Below, piece after piece: positions 18,393 through 28,184 of a DNA stretch of 64,000 nt (within the stretch, counting starts at the first letter, position 1; each line of letters opens with the position of its first letter). A program made the translations under genes and the position numbers. The DNA lies in the NCBI GenBank assembly GCA_037133755.1, contig JBAXNN010000008.1:30245-94244 (forward strand), written 5' to 3'. Source of the stretch: Thermoleophilia bacterium (GTDB taxonomy: Bacteria > Actinomycetota > Thermoleophilia > Gaiellales > F1-60-MAGs149). The notes under the pieces were generated by a model that saw only the letters and a list, made by a program, of their open reading frames with translations, ran no database searches and was not told the DNA's origin.

Positions 18393-19541
18393 TCAGAGGC
18401 CGATGCGCGCGCCCATCGGCGTCTCGACGAGCGCGAAGGGCGTGTCGGGTGCCATGCGGTCGATGCCGAAAATGTCGGCCTCGGGCCAGGCGGGCTTGCC
18501 TTCGGCGATATCGCCGATCAGCTCGCCCATGATCGGCATGAACTTAAAGGCGTGGCCGCTACAACCGGTCGCAACGGTGATGGCGCCGCGTCGCTCGATG
18601 AAGTACTCACCATCGGGCGTCATCGTCCACGGACACGATTCGGTCAGGTGCGGCCCGTCCGAGGCGAGGCCCGGTGCGTGGCTGATGACCCAGTCGCGAT
18701 TGCACTCCTCTTCGAAGCCGCGATGGGGCCACGCCGCAGCGTCAGGATCCCACGTGTCCTCGCAGCCGTAATCGAGGCCGATCTTGTAGCCCTTGCCCGG
18801 GGTCGGCAGGCCGTAAACGCCGATCTTGTCGGGCGCGTAGAAGTCGACGAGCGAAGGGCGGCGCTGCCACGCGCCGCCACCACGCCAGTACGAGACCTGG
18901 CCGATGGCGGGAGCAAGCGGCAGGCGGATGCCCAGCGGCTCGAGCAGCGTCGTAGCCCACGGACCAACCGCCAGCACGGCGATGTCCGCGTCGATCACAC
19001 GTCGATTCGTCGTCACGCGCACACCGGCTGGGGTCTCATCGACCTCGAGCATGCGCTCCGGGGTCGACAGCTCGGCGCCGGCGCTGCGCGCGGCATCGGC
19101 CATCGCGGCGAGGCCCTTGGCGGCGAACAGCACGCCATCGTCGGGCACAAACGCAGCAGCCTCCTGCGGCCGGTACGACAGTTCTGGAAAGGCGCGCTGC
19201 ACGCCATCGGCATCGAGTTCCTCGACGGGCACGCCAGCGTCGCGCATGGCGGCAACCCACGCGGGGACCGGATCGCCCCGCAACACCAGGCCCACGTGGT
19301 CGAGCAGCTGCTCACCCGACAGCGCCTCGAGCTCGCGCCATTTATCGAGCGCCTTGCGAGCCAACACGATGTCTCCGGGGCGCTCGTGCGCCAGGCGGAA
19401 GATGCGGGTAGCACCCGCCGACGAGCCCGCGGGGGCCGAGATGCCGTGGCGATCGATACCGATCACCTCGTGGCCGCGCTCGGCGAGCGCACGCGCCGTC
19501 GGCAGCCCCATCACGCCCAGCCCGACCACGACGGCCTTCAT
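18393..19541 (-). CDS. FAD-dependent oxidoreductase, monomeric sarcosine oxidase / N-methyl amino acid oxidase-like (DAO family)
   Basis: ORF 18393..19769 trimmed to ATG 19541. MKAVVVGLGVMGLPTARALAERGHEVIGIDR contains the GxGxxG motif. TGCSGHAFKFMPIMGELI resembles the MSOX/MTOX covalent-flavin cysteine region. Confidence 0.75.
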   Translation of the reverse strand: MKAVVVGLGVMGLPTARALAERGHEVIGIDRHGISAPAGSSAGATRIFRLAHERPGDIVLARKALDKWRELEALSGEQLLDHVGLVLRGDPVPAWVAAMRDAGVPVEELDADGVQRAFPELSYRPQEAAAFVPDDGVLFAAKGLAAMADAARSAGAELSTPERMLEVDETPAGVRVTTNRRVIDADIAVLAVGPWATTLLEPLGIRLPLAPAIGQVSYWRGGGAWQRRPSLVDFYAPDKIGVYGLPTPGKGYKIGLDYGCEDTWDPDAAAWPHRGFEEECNRDWVISHAPGLASDGPHLTESCPWTMTPDGEYFIERRGAITVATGCSGHAFKFMPIMGELIGDIAEGKPAWPEADIFGIDRMAPDTPFALVETPMGARIGL

Positions 19542-19545
19542 CGAT

Positions 19546-20781
19546 TCAGACCTTCGCCGCGACAGTGGCGGCGATGACGAGATCAGCGGCGCGGCGGCCA
19601 GAGCGCAGCGCGCCGTCGATCGAGGCGTTCTCGGTGCCGTCGCCCGAGAGGATGACCTTGTCGCGCAGCCAGCGCACGCCACTCGACAGCGACCCCGGCG
19701 GCTGCGCGTGCTGCGCCCACTCGATGCGATCCACGCGCAGGAGGCGCCACGTGTGCACGCGGCTGCCAAACCAGGGAGTTAGCTGCGCACGCGCCGCGGC
19801 GTCAAGCGCCGCATCGTCCCCGGCGGGCAGACCCACGCACGAGGCGGCAATCAGCGCCTGACCGGCCGGCGCGTACGACGGCGCGACGGCGCTCATCACG
19901 GCGACGTTGTTGACCGGTCCGGTGCCATCACCATCGAGCACGATGCGCTTGCCCGCGGGGGCTTCGACGGCGGCGTACCAGAGGCACGTCGAGCCGCGCG
20001 GCTCGGGCGCCGGAATGCCGGCAAGCGCGCAGGCATCGACGGTGCCAGCGGCGATCACCACAGCGTGCTTGGCCTTCAGCGTCTTGCCGGAGGCGAGCGT
20101 GACGCTGGCCTTGCCGACCTTGGTGACGCGCTCGTGTAGGTGAATGCTGCCCCCTGGCAGGCGTGCGGCAAGCTGGTCGGCGATCGCGCCCATGCCGCGT
20201 GCTGGCACGACCGTGCGGCCGGAGGCCATCTGGCTGAAGACCTGGTCGATCAGATGGCTCGAGACGTTGAGCTCGGGATCGAGGAACACGCCGCGGTAGA
20301 GCGGGCGCAGCAGACGCTCGCGGACCGACTCGGAGAAGCCGAGATCGCGCAGGCGCTGGTCTGCTGTGGTCTCCGGTGCCGTTGCGGTGGCGAGTGGCTT
20401 GGCCTGCAGCAGCCACGTGGCTGCCGCCTTGATGTCTGCTGGGCCGCCGATACCGGCCTTGACGGCCTGCGGCACAGAACGCGGATCGCGCAGCGGATGG
20501 CCGATCGTCCGCATGCGGCCGTCCCACCAGATGTCGGCGCCAGGCTGGAAGGCCTTCAGGTCGAGGGCGTCGAGATCGAGCGCGCGCTTGGCCTCGGGGT
20601 ACCCGTCAAACAGCACCTGGAAGCCGCGGTCGAGCAGAAAGCCGTCGACGTGGTCGGTACGGACGCGGCCACCGACGCCATCGGACGCCTCCACGACTTC
20701 GACGTCGATGCCGTGCTCGCGCAGCAGCGCCGCGCAGTTGAGCCCGGCGAGTCCTGCTCCGATGACGACGACGTCGGCCAT
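19546..20781 (-). CDS. NAD(P)/FAD-dependent oxidoreductase, flavin amine oxidase family
   Basis: MADVVVIGAGLAGLNCAALLREHGIDVEVVEASDGVGGRVRT is the classic amine-oxidase dinucleotide fold. There is a 4-nt gap to the downstream oxidase. Confidence 0.8.
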   Translation of the reverse strand: MADVVVIGAGLAGLNCAALLREHGIDVEVVEASDGVGGRVRTDHVDGFLLDRGFQVLFDGYPEAKRALDLDALDLKAFQPGADIWWDGRMRTIGHPLRDPRSVPQAVKAGIGGPADIKAAATWLLQAKPLATATAPETTADQRLRDLGFSESVRERLLRPLYRGVFLDPELNVSSHLIDQVFSQMASGRTVVPARGMGAIADQLAARLPGGSIHLHERVTKVGKASVTLASGKTLKAKHAVVIAAGTVDACALAGIPAPEPRGSTCLWYAAVEAPAGKRIVLDGDGTGPVNNVAVMSAVAPSYAPAGQALIAASCVGLPAGDDAALDAAARAQLTPWFGSRVHTWRLLRVDRIEWAQHAQPPGSLSSGVRWLRDKVILSGDGTENASIDGALRSGRRAADLVIAATVAAKV

Positions 20782-20837
20782 GCCGGAAAGGGTGCCATGA
20801 CTCGCGCCGCCGCGGGGCGCAGCGCGAAAGACCGGAC

Positions 20838-21602
20838 ATGCCGGAACTCCCCGAAGCCGAGAAGGCGCGCCGCACGCTCGAGCGGCTCTGCGTTGGGCTG
20901 CGTATCGCTGCCGTCGAGGACAGCGATACGTGGGTCTGCCGCCCGCACGCTCCCGGCGAGCTCAACGAGGCGCTGCGCGGCTCGATCGTCACCGCCGCCT
21001 GCCGCCACGGCAAGTTCCTCTGGCTCGAGACCGACACCGGCCACGAGCTCGGACTGCACCTGGGGATGGGCGGCTCGATCCGCGCCGCGCAGGAGGTCGC
21101 GCCACGCGGCTGGGACCGTGTCGCACTGGTCTTCGAGGACGAGTCGCGCGTGGCGCTCCGTGACAAGCGGCGCCTCTCGCGCGCACACCTTGGTGCTGGC
21201 ATCGACCACCTCGGTCCCGACGCGCTGACGATCACACCGAAGGCCTTTCGCGAACGCGTCGGCACGGGGCGTGCGCCGATCAAGGCGCGCATCCTCGATC
21301 AGGCCGTCCTCGCCGGCGTGGGCAACCTGCTCGCCGACGAGGCGCTCTTTGATGCGCAGATCGATCCGCGCCGTCCGGCCGGATCGCTCTCCGCCGACGA
21401 GCTCGACCAGCTACGGTCGTCGCTCCGGTTCGCGATGCGCGAGGCGCTCAAGTCGACCGGTGGCTCGGGCCGAGGACGCTTTGCACGGGCGCGACGCGGT
21501 GCGCAGTGTCCGCGCTGCGGCTGCGCGCTCGAGCGCGCGACGGTTGGTGGGCGCACCACGTGGTGGTGCCCCGACGAGCAGGTCGCCGAGCCCACCGCAT
21601 GA
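20838..21602 (+). CDS. Fpg/Nei-family DNA glycosylase/AP lyase
   Basis: MPELPEAE N-terminus with the catalytic Pro2/Glu3; H2TH block LDQAVLAGVGNLLADEALF; C-terminal zinc finger CPRCG..WWCP. Confidence 0.88.
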   Translation: MPELPEAEKARRTLERLCVGLRIAAVEDSDTWVCRPHAPGELNEALRGSIVTAACRHGKFLWLETDTGHELGLHLGMGGSIRAAQEVAPRGWDRVALVFEDESRVALRDKRRLSRAHLGAGIDHLGPDALTITPKAFRERVGTGRAPIKARILDQAVLAGVGNLLADEALFDAQIDPRRPAGSLSADELDQLRSSLRFAMREALKSTGGSGRGRFARARRGAQCPRCGCALERATVGGRTTWWCPDEQVAEPTA

Positions 21603-23149
21603 CACGAGTCGTCTGGATTCAGGGCACGCAGCTGACGTTGGCAAACAGCGCGCTCGCCGTGGCCGACCGCGCGACCGATCGAGTCCTGCTCGTGGAGTCG
21701 CTGCCGCACATCGCCCGCGGACGGCTGCACCGCCACAAGGTCGCGCTGGTCCTCACCGCCCTGCGGCGCTTCGCCGAAGAGCTGCGCGCCGACGGGTGGC
21801 AGGTCGACGAGTGCCGCCTCGAGCGGGGACTCGCCTTCGACGCGGCGATCGCCGAGCAGGTGCGCGCGCACGATGCGACCGAGGTCGTGACGATGGCGCC
21901 GTGTGGGTGGCAGGCGCAGGCTGCGCTGCCACGACTCGAGGCCACCGTCGGTGTGCCCGTGCGCGTCACCGACGACACGCAGTTTCTCTGCAGTCGCGAG
22001 GCCTTCGCGGACTGGGCGGGCACACGGCGCCGGCTGCGCATGCAGGAGTTCTACGCGTGGATGCGCCGCACCCACGCCGTCTTGATGGACGGCGACCAAC
22101 CCGCCGGTGGCCAATGGTCATACGACCCCGATAACCGCGAGACGTTCGCCGCGTGGAAGCGGAGCGGCGAGCGCGAGCACCCCACGCCGCCACCCGCGAT
22201 CGATCGCGACGACCCGGTTCTGATGACCGTCCAGGCCGACATCGACCGCCTGCTGCCTGGCCTGCCCGGGCGGGCGGAGGACTTCTGGCTGCCCACGACG
22301 CGAGCCGAGAGCGAGCAGTGGCTCGCCGACTTCATCGAGCACCGACTCGCGGGCTTCGGACCCTACGAGGACGTCAGCGATCCAGCCGACCCGTGGCTGC
22401 GGCACGCCACGATCGCGCCGCTGCTCAACATCGGGCTGCTTGAGCCACTCGCGTGCATTCGCGCTGCCGAAGCGGCCTGGCGGGACGGTCGCGTGCCTCT
22501 GGCCTCGGCCGAGGGCTTCATCCGCCAGGTGCTCGGCTGGCGCGAGTACGTCAACGGCATCTACTGGCGCGAGATGCCCGACTACGCCGCACGCAACGAG
22601 CTGGCGGCATACGGGCCGGTACCGCCGGCGCTGACGGGCGAGGCCCGCACCGAGCTGGCCTGCGTGCAGCACGTCGCCGACGTCGTCGACCGCTACGCGT
22701 GGACGCACCACATCGATCGCCTGATGGTGCTCGGCAACCTCATGCTTCTGCTCGGCACCGAGCCACAGGCTGCCAACGCATGGTTCCGCGAGCGCTTCGC
22801 CGATGGCTACGACTGGGTGATGCAGGCGAACGTGACGGGTATGGCGCTGCACGCCGATGGCGGTCTGATGGCGACAAAGCCCTACGCCGCCGGTGGCGCG
22901 TACCTCAAGCGCATGACCGGTCATTGCAACGGGTGCCGGTTCGATCCGCGCAAGCGCACCGGCGATGACGCCTGCCCGTTCACCACGCTCTACTGGGACT
23001 TCACCGCCCGGCACCACGCGCGCCTCGTCGCCAACCCCCGCACGGCACAGGCGGCACGTGGTTGGGAGCGGTTTGCCGACGACGAGCAGGCTGCCATCCG
23101 TGCCCGTGCCGCGACCGTTGCGCAGGGGATCGTCGCCGGCACGTTGTGA
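21599..23149 (+). CDS. Cryptochrome/photolyase-family protein of the Fe-S bacterial type (FeS-BCP, (6-4) photolyase-like)
   Basis: ORF 21506..23149 trimmed to ATG 21599, which overlaps the nei TGA (ATGA). Cys pattern C-x87-C-x2-C-x12-C (ELACVQHV..GHCNGCRFDPRKRTGDDACPFTTLYW). Confidence 0.8.
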   Translation: MTRVVWIQGTQLTLANSALAVADRATDRVLLVESLPHIARGRLHRHKVALVLTALRRFAEELRADGWQVDECRLERGLAFDAAIAEQVRAHDATEVVTMAPCGWQAQAALPRLEATVGVPVRVTDDTQFLCSREAFADWAGTRRRLRMQEFYAWMRRTHAVLMDGDQPAGGQWSYDPDNRETFAAWKRSGEREHPTPPPAIDRDDPVLMTVQADIDRLLPGLPGRAEDFWLPTTRAESEQWLADFIEHRLAGFGPYEDVSDPADPWLRHATIAPLLNIGLLEPLACIRAAEAAWRDGRVPLASAEGFIRQVLGWREYVNGIYWREMPDYAARNELAAYGPVPPALTGEARTELACVQHVADVVDRYAWTHHIDRLMVLGNLMLLLGTEPQAANAWFRERFADGYDWVMQANVTGMALHADGGLMATKPYAAGGAYLKRMTGHCNGCRFDPRKRTGDDACPFTTLYWDFTARHHARLVANPRTAQAARGWERFADDEQAAIRARAATVAQGIVAGTL

Positions 23150-23159
23150 GAAGCGGCGT

Positions 23160-23720
23160 ATGCTCTCCCGCATGGAGGGCTCGCTGCAAGGTCGGCTGTT
23201 GATTGCCACGCCGACGCTCGGCGATCCGAACTTCGCCGGTTCCGTCGTGCTGATCGCCGAGCACGACGAGCAGGGCGCGATGGGTCTGGTGCTCAATCGC
23301 CCGCTCGACGTCACGGTTGCCGAGGCTGTCCCGATGCTGAGTGGCTTCGTCAGTGCGGCTGAGCCCGTGCACCAAGGTGGCCCCGTGCAGCCCGAGGCCG
23401 TGATGGCGCTCGGCGACTTCGTCGATGGCAACCGCTCCGCCGCGATCGCGTTCGGCACCGTTGGGTTCCTGCCCGCCGATGCCGACGAGACGCTCGACCC
23501 CGCGACCGTCATTCGAGCCCGCGTCTTCGCCGGCTACGCCGGGTGGGGCGCCGGGCAGTTGGAAAGCGAGCTCGACGAAGAGGCGTGGGTCGTCATCCCC
23601 GCCCACATCGATGACTGCTTCACCGAGCGCCCGGAGGAGCTGTGGAAGCAGGCGCTGCGCCGCCACGGCGGACACCTTGCGATGTTCTCGCTGCAGCCGG
23701 AAGATCCGTCGCTGAATTGA
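23160..23720 (+). CDS. YqgE/AlgH-family protein (UPF0301)
   Basis: ORF 22965..23720 trimmed to ATG 23160 (or 23172). GRLLIATPTLGDPNFAGSVVLIAEHDEQGAMGLVLNRP is the family N-terminal block. Confidence 0.8.
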   Translation: MLSRMEGSLQGRLLIATPTLGDPNFAGSVVLIAEHDEQGAMGLVLNRPLDVTVAEAVPMLSGFVSAAEPVHQGGPVQPEAVMALGDFVDGNRSAAIAFGTVGFLPADADETLDPATVIRARVFAGYAGWGAGQLESELDEEAWVVIPAHIDDCFTERPEELWKQALRRHGGHLAMFSLQPEDPSLN

Positions 23721-24979
23721 GTATCGAGACCAGCAGCAAGCCGCACATCCCACGGCGCATCTCGCAGTGGACGCTACGCCTCGCCTGTGGACAGGCTGCG
23801 ACGAGCGCCGCGATCCCCCTCAACGCGAGCGTCGGTGCGGTCGCCACGGCCGAGCTTTCGCACCACGCGAGCATGGCCGGGACAAGCGTCGGCGTGGCGA
23901 TGCTGTCGAGCGTTACCGCGTTGTTCGTCGCGGGTCGCGTGAGCGATCGTCACGGCCGACGCCCGGTCCTGATGGGCGGACTCACTCTGCTCACCGTCGG
24001 TGCGATTCTCTGTGCGTTCGCGATCTTCACCTCGTCGTACTGGCTGCTCGTCGCCGGTACCATCCTGTTCGGCTGCGGCCAGGGGCCGGCGATGATGCAC
24101 CGCGCCGCGGCTGCCGACCTCTACCCCATCGAGCAGCGCGCACACGGGGTTGGTCTCGTCGCCTCGGCGGGCGCAATCGGCAGCATCATCGGCCCGCTCC
24201 TTGGCTCTGGCCTCGTCCTCATCGCGGTCGCGTTTGGCATCAAGGAGGCCGCTGCACCTTGGTTTCTCGTGCCGCTCACGGCGATTCCGGCAATCCTCCT
24301 CGTGCGGAGCATCACCGTCGATCCGCGCGACGTCGCTCAACATCTCGACGAGTACTTTCCCGGCGCACCACCCGAGCCCGAGCACGGCGAGCCGCGGTCG
24401 CGTCGCGAGCTGCTGGCCCTGAGACCCGCGCGCGCCGCCGTCACCTCGGCCGCACTGATTCAGGCGGCGATGGTCGGCGTCATGGGCGTCACCGCCGTCG
24501 TGCTGCACCGCGGCGGCATGAGCACCGCCGTCGTCGGGCTCTTCATCTCGGCCCACTTCCTCGGCATGTTCGGCCTCGCTGCCCCGCTGGGCAAACTCAC
24601 GGACCGCATGGGGCGACGGCGGATGGTGCTCACCGGCGTCATCGTCACCGGTGTCGGCGCGGTCGGCACGTCGTTGCTCGGCAGCAGCGTCTTCATCCTG
24701 CCGTTCTTCTTCCTGCTCGGCCTGGGCTGGTGCGCCTCGTGGGTAGCTGGCACGACGATCCTCGCCGACGTCACCACGCCGCAGGAGCGCGGCCGGCTGA
24801 CGGCATCGAACGACCAGATCGTGGCCCTGTGCGGCGCCACGGCGGTGATCAGCGCCGGGTTCGTGCTCGACCGCTTCGGGTTCCCCGCCGTGGGCCTCAG
24901 CCTGACTGCGCTCCTCGCGCTCGGCCTGATACCGATGCTGCGGCTGAAGGAGCCGCAGATCGGCGTCTACGCAGATTGA
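23717..24979 (+). CDS. MFS transporter
   Basis: ORF 23642..24979. The start is uncertain; TTG 23717, overlapping the upstream TGA, is proposed. MFS motif A GRVSDRHGRRPV; about 12 helices. Confidence 0.8.
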   Translation: MSIETSSKPHIPRRISQWTLRLACGQAATSAAIPLNASVGAVATAELSHHASMAGTSVGVAMLSSVTALFVAGRVSDRHGRRPVLMGGLTLLTVGAILCAFAIFTSSYWLLVAGTILFGCGQGPAMMHRAAAADLYPIEQRAHGVGLVASAGAIGSIIGPLLGSGLVLIAVAFGIKEAAAPWFLVPLTAIPAILLVRSITVDPRDVAQHLDEYFPGAPPEPEHGEPRSRRELLALRPARAAVTSAALIQAAMVGVMGVTAVVLHRGGMSTAVVGLFISAHFLGMFGLAAPLGKLTDRMGRRRMVLTGVIVTGVGAVGTSLLGSSVFILPFFFLLGLGWCASWVAGTTILADVTTPQERGRLTASNDQIVALCGATAVISAGFVLDRFGFPAVGLSLTALLALGLIPMLRLKEPQIGVYAD

Positions 24980-25013
24980 CCAGGCCGTCGAACCCCGGCA
25001 CACTCTGCGCATC

Positions 25014-26045
25014 GTGAGCACGGAGAATGCAGTCACCCTTGAGGACCTGACGAAGCGCTTCGGCGCCGTCACCGCAGTCGACGACATCAGCTTGTCGATC
25101 GCTGCCGGCGAGTTCTTCACGCTCCTCGGCCCTTCGGGCTCGGGCAAGACGACGACGCTGCGCATGATCGCTGGCTTCGACCAGCCGACGGCCGGCCGTG
25201 TCCTGCTCCACGGCGAGGACGTGACGGAGCTGCCGCCGTTCGACCGCGACACCAACACCGTCTTCCAGGACTACGCGCTCTTCCCGCACATGAGCGTGCG
25301 CGACAACGTTGCCTATGGCCTCAAGGTGCGTGGTACATCGAAGAACGAACGACGCACTGCCGCCGAGGAGGCGCTTGAGCACGTGCGCCTCGGCGGCTAC
25401 GGCGACCGCAAGCCGTCGCAGCTCTCCGGTGGCCAGCGGCAACGCGTCGCGCTCGCTCGCGCACTCGTGCTGCGCCCCAGCGTGCTGCTCCTCGACGAAC
25501 CGCTCGGCGCGTTGGATCAGCAGCTGCGCGAGGAGATGCAACTCGAACTGAAGTCGCTTCAGCGCGACGTCGGGATCACGTTCATCCTCGTCACGCACGA
25601 TCAGGGCGAGGCGCTGGCGATGAGCGACCGCATCGCGATCTTCGATCAGGGCCGCATCGTTCAGACCGGCACGCCGCGCGAGGTCTATGACCAGCCGATG
25701 ACGCGCTTCGTCGCGGACTTCGTCGGCGCAGCGAACATCCTGTCGGGCGCTTTGGCTGAGCAACTGCTCGGTCATGCCGGCACCTGCACGATCCGCGCGG
25801 AGCACATCACGCTTGGCGCCGGTGACGGCATCCAACTCGAGGGCACGGTTCGCGAGGTGGCCTTCATGGGCGCCTCCACCCGCATTCTCGTCGACGTGGC
25901 CGGCGGCGAGACCGTGATGATCGACCGGCCCAGCACGGAGACCGCCGAACCGCTTCGGCTTGGCGATCGCACCACGCTCGTGATCGATCGTTCGCGCATC
26001 CGCGAACTGGACAACGCACACGCACCACAAGGGGAGGACCAATGA
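25014..26045 (+). CDS. ABC transporter ATP-binding protein (PotA/spermidine-putrescine type)
   Basis: Walker A GPSGSGKTT; signature LSGGQRQRVALARAL; Walker B LLLDEPLGALD; C-terminal TOBE-like tail. Confidence 0.9.
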   Translation: MSTENAVTLEDLTKRFGAVTAVDDISLSIAAGEFFTLLGPSGSGKTTTLRMIAGFDQPTAGRVLLHGEDVTELPPFDRDTNTVFQDYALFPHMSVRDNVAYGLKVRGTSKNERRTAAEEALEHVRLGGYGDRKPSQLSGGQRQRVALARALVLRPSVLLLDEPLGALDQQLREEMQLELKSLQRDVGITFILVTHDQGEALAMSDRIAIFDQGRIVQTGTPREVYDQPMTRFVADFVGAANILSGALAEQLLGHAGTCTIRAEHITLGAGDGIQLEGTVREVAFMGASTRILVDVAGGETVMIDRPSTETAEPLRLGDRTTLVIDRSRIRELDNAHAPQGEDQ

Positions 26046-27247
26046 GGAAACTGATCGCACTGATCACGATCGCCCTGGTCGCCGCAGTCGCGGCAGCCTG
26101 CGGCGGCTCGTCGAGCTCGTCGTCGAGCGGTGGCGGAGACGCCAACGCCGGGCAGTTCACGGCACCAGACGTGCCGATGCAGGACAAGCTCGGTGCCGGC
26201 GAGGGCGCGCTCAACCTGATCGCCTGGGCCGGCTATGTCGAGGACGGCTCGACCGACCCGGCAGTCGACTGGGTCACGCCGTTCGAGAAGAAGACGGGGT
26301 GCCAGGTCAGCACGAAGACGGCCAACACCTCGGACGAGATGGTCACGCTGATGAAGACGGGCGAGTACGACGGCGTGTCCGCCTCGGGCGACGCGACGCT
26401 GCGCCTGATCGCCGCCGGCGATGTGGCTCCTGTCAACACCGACCTGGTGCCGAGCTACGCGGACATCTTCCCGGACCTGAAGATGCAGTCGTTCAACTCC
26501 GTCAACGGTGTTGCGTACGGCATCCCGCACGGCCGCGGCGCCAACATCCTGATGTCGTTGCCGGGCGTTGTGAAGCCCGCACCGACCAGCTGGAGCGTCG
26601 TCTTCGACGAGAACAGCCCGTACAAGGGCAAGGTCACGGCCTACGACAGCCCGACCTACATCGCCGACGCGGCGCTGTACCTGATGAAGACCCAGCCCGA
26701 CCTCGGGATCACCAACCCGTACGAGCTGGACGACAAGCAGTTCCAGGCCGCGATCGACCTGCTCAAGAAGCAGCGCACGATCATCGGCGAGTACTGGTCC
26801 GACTACACCAAGGAGCAGGCGGCGTTCACGTCCGGCGACTCCGTGGTCGGCACCTCGTGGCAGGTGATCGCGAACCTGCTCGATGCCGACGGCGTCAAGG
26901 TCGACACCACGGTGCCCGAGGAGGGCGCGACCGGGTGGTCCGACACGTGGATGATCGCCACCAAGGCGAAGAACCCCAACTGCATGTACATGTGGATGGA
27001 CTGGATCGCCTCGCCTGAGGCGAATGCGCAGGTCGCGGAGTGGTTCGGCGAGGCGCCGTCCAACGCGAAGGCCTGTGATCTGACGAGCGACAAGGCGTTC
27101 TGCGACACGTACCACGCGGGAGACACGGCGTACTGGAAGAACGTGTACTTCTGGACGACGCCGATCGCCCAGTGCGGTGATGATCGCGGGGCGGTCTGTA
27201 AGGACTACTCCGCTTGGGTCCAAGGTTGGACCGAGGTGAAGGGCTAG
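26042..27247 (+). CDS. ABC transporter substrate-binding lipoprotein (PotD/PotF-like)
   Basis: ATGA overlap with the ATPase gene. Signal peptide plus lipobox (LVAAVAAAC) and a Ser/Gly linker. Family-1 solute-binding protein size and composition. Confidence 0.8.
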   Translation: MRKLIALITIALVAAVAAACGGSSSSSSSGGGDANAGQFTAPDVPMQDKLGAGEGALNLIAWAGYVEDGSTDPAVDWVTPFEKKTGCQVSTKTANTSDEMVTLMKTGEYDGVSASGDATLRLIAAGDVAPVNTDLVPSYADIFPDLKMQSFNSVNGVAYGIPHGRGANILMSLPGVVKPAPTSWSVVFDENSPYKGKVTAYDSPTYIADAALYLMKTQPDLGITNPYELDDKQFQAAIDLLKKQRTIIGEYWSDYTKEQAAFTSGDSVVGTSWQVIANLLDADGVKVDTTVPEEGATGWSDTWMIATKAKNPNCMYMWMDWIASPEANAQVAEWFGEAPSNAKACDLTSDKAFCDTYHAGDTAYWKNVYFWTTPIAQCGDDRGAVCKDYSAWVQGWTEVKG

Positions 27248-27257
27248 AAGCGCGCCT

Positions 27258-27286
27258 CCGCCCGCCGGGTTGATCCCGGCGGGCGG
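27258..27286 (+). other. Perfect 12-bp intercistronic hairpin between the binding-protein and permease genes
   Basis: CCGCCCGCCGGG ttgat CCCGGCGGGCGG, 11 nt after the SBP stop and 17 nt before permease ATG 27303. Confidence 0.7.
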
Positions 27287-27302
27287 AACCGCCGCCCGTC
27301 CG

Positions 27303-28184
27303 ATGGCCACGGCCGCGACACCCACCCCGCGTCGCCGCGGGAACTTCCTCTGGCGTCATCCGTACGCCCGGCTCGCACTGCTCCTTGCGCTGCCGGTGGC
27401 ATGGCTCGTGTTCGTCTACTTGGGCTCGCTCGCGGTCTTGTTCGTCAACGCCTTTTGGCGCCTCGACCCCTTCACGGCCGAGATCGTGCGCGAGTGGGGC
27501 TTCTGGAACTTCCAGACGCTGTGGGACGGCGAGGTCTACCGCACGATTGTCTTCCGGACCGTCTCCGTCGCGGCGATCGTGACCGTCGTCGATGCGATCC
27601 TCGCGCTGCCGATCGCCTTCGCGATGGCACGCCTGATCCGCCCTGCTCGACGCGCGGTCATGGTCGTACTCGTGCTGCTACCGCTGTGGTCGAGCTACCT
27701 CGTCAAGGTCTACGCCTGGCGCGTGATGCTCGGCGAGCAGGGCATCCTCAACAGCATCCTCTCGCCCTTCGGCCTGCACGGCCCGGGCTTCGGCACGACC
27801 GCTGTGACCATCGTGCTCGCCTACCTGTGGCTGCCGTTCATGATCCTCCCCGTCTACGCCGGCATGGAGCGCATTCCGAACGGCCTGCTCGAGGCCTCCG
27901 GCGACCTCGGCGCCAAGCCGCTGCGCACGTTCACCTCTGTCGTCATCCCCCTCGCCTTCCCGGCGATCGTGGCTGGCTCGATCTTCACCTTCTCGCTGAC
28001 GCTCGGCGACTACATCGCCGTGCAGCTCGTCTCGAGCACGCAGTTCATCGGCAGCGTGGTCTACGCCAACGTCGGCACGGCGAACAACCTGCCGCTCGCC
28101 GCGGCCTTCGCACTCGTGCCTGTCGCGATCATGATTGTCTACCTCTTCGTCGCCCGCCGACTTGGCGCCTTCGAGGCCCTCTGA
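27303..28184 (+). CDS. ABC transporter permease (PotB-like)
   Basis: ORF 27270..28184. The track start is a TTG inside the hairpin loop, so ATG 27303 is preferred. Six TM helices and the EAA-type loop (LLEASGDLGAKPLRTF). Confidence 0.85.
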   Translation: MATAATPTPRRRGNFLWRHPYARLALLLALPVAWLVFVYLGSLAVLFVNAFWRLDPFTAEIVREWGFWNFQTLWDGEVYRTIVFRTVSVAAIVTVVDAILALPIAFAMARLIRPARRAVMVVLVLLPLWSSYLVKVYAWRVMLGEQGILNSILSPFGLHGPGFGTTAVTIVLAYLWLPFMILPVYAGMERIPNGLLEASGDLGAKPLRTFTSVVIPLAFPAIVAGSIFTFSLTLGDYIAVQLVSSTQFIGSVVYANVGTANNLPLAAAFALVPVAIMIVYLFVARRLGAFEAL

